In this document: piece by piece, positions 63,642 to 64,000 of the stretch
Position numbering within the stretch: the first letter of the stretch is position 1
Layout of the letters: each line of letters opens with the position of its first letter
Origin: the human T2T-CHM13v2.0 reference genome, Homo sapiens
Assembly (NCBI RefSeq): GCF_009914755.1
Contig: NC_060936.1
DNA: 64,000 bases
Strand: one strand, 5' to 3'
The notes under the pieces: generated by a model
The model's database searches: none
The model's input: the letters and a program-made list of their open reading frames with translations, nothing else
Told to the model about the DNA's origin: nothing
Program-made: the position numbers and the translations under genes

Positions 63642-64000
63642 AATTTAATGTCTTTGTGTGAGTGCATAGGGAGAAAGTCTACTCCACCATTTTTTGGCAA
63701 TGTGAAGAACAGTGCATCCTTTAAGGCTTTTTGGTTAATGTATCATAAATAGATACTCAGATTAATAGAGTTTGGAAGAAGGAAGTATAGGATTCCATTT
63801 TTCTGATGGGAAAATGAAACATGGAGAGCTAAGTTCAAGGTCCCATGTCCCACAACTATTAACTGCTAAACATAATCCAGATTTTGTGAATCCCAGTTGA
63901 ATAATCTTTTACTCAACATTGTCTTTAACTTAATGTTTATTTTCTTTTAGGCATGGATATCAAGCATGCCTCTGAGTAAAACAAAGAGAATCCAGTCTTT

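Noticed and set aside
63951-64000. Possible coding exon at the window end (AWISSMPLSKTKRIQS)
   Set aside because: Only an acceptor-like motif and 50 nt are visible, and I do not recognise the peptide. It is mentioned only as a splice-signal lead.

Overview
AT-rich, CpG-poor primate (human-like) genomic DNA made up largely of transposable elements. I find no supportable cellular protein-coding gene, RNA gene or CRISPR array, so it looks intergenic or deep-intronic. Main contents: (1) two young minus-strand LINE-1s, namely the 5' 3.95 kb of an older L1PA4/5-type copy (1-3950) and a full-length L1PA2-type copy with a 10-bp target-site duplication (TSD) (18814-24839), both with broken ORF1/ORF2; (2) an older L1PB-type copy with a twin-priming 5' inversion; (3) a deeply nested L1M/LTR/Alu stack at 27.8-32.6 kb; (4) an ERV-L remnant with a recognisable reverse transcriptase; (5) about 11 Alus plus MIR, L2, DNA-transposon and MaLR fossils. 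Best leads: a MER41B element that looks like an L1-retroposed, polyadenylated copy of an ERV RNA and keeps both STAT1 GAS motifs; an L1 antisense ORF0 whose first splice donor would join in frame to a candidate exon 420 bp outside the element; a perfect NF-kB site in a solo ERV1 LTR; a 57-bp non-classical Alu patch; and a 118-bp templated duplication. I see no evidence for a wholly new coding system. Subfamily names come from recalled consensus sequences rather than a search, and boundaries of old repeats are approximate.
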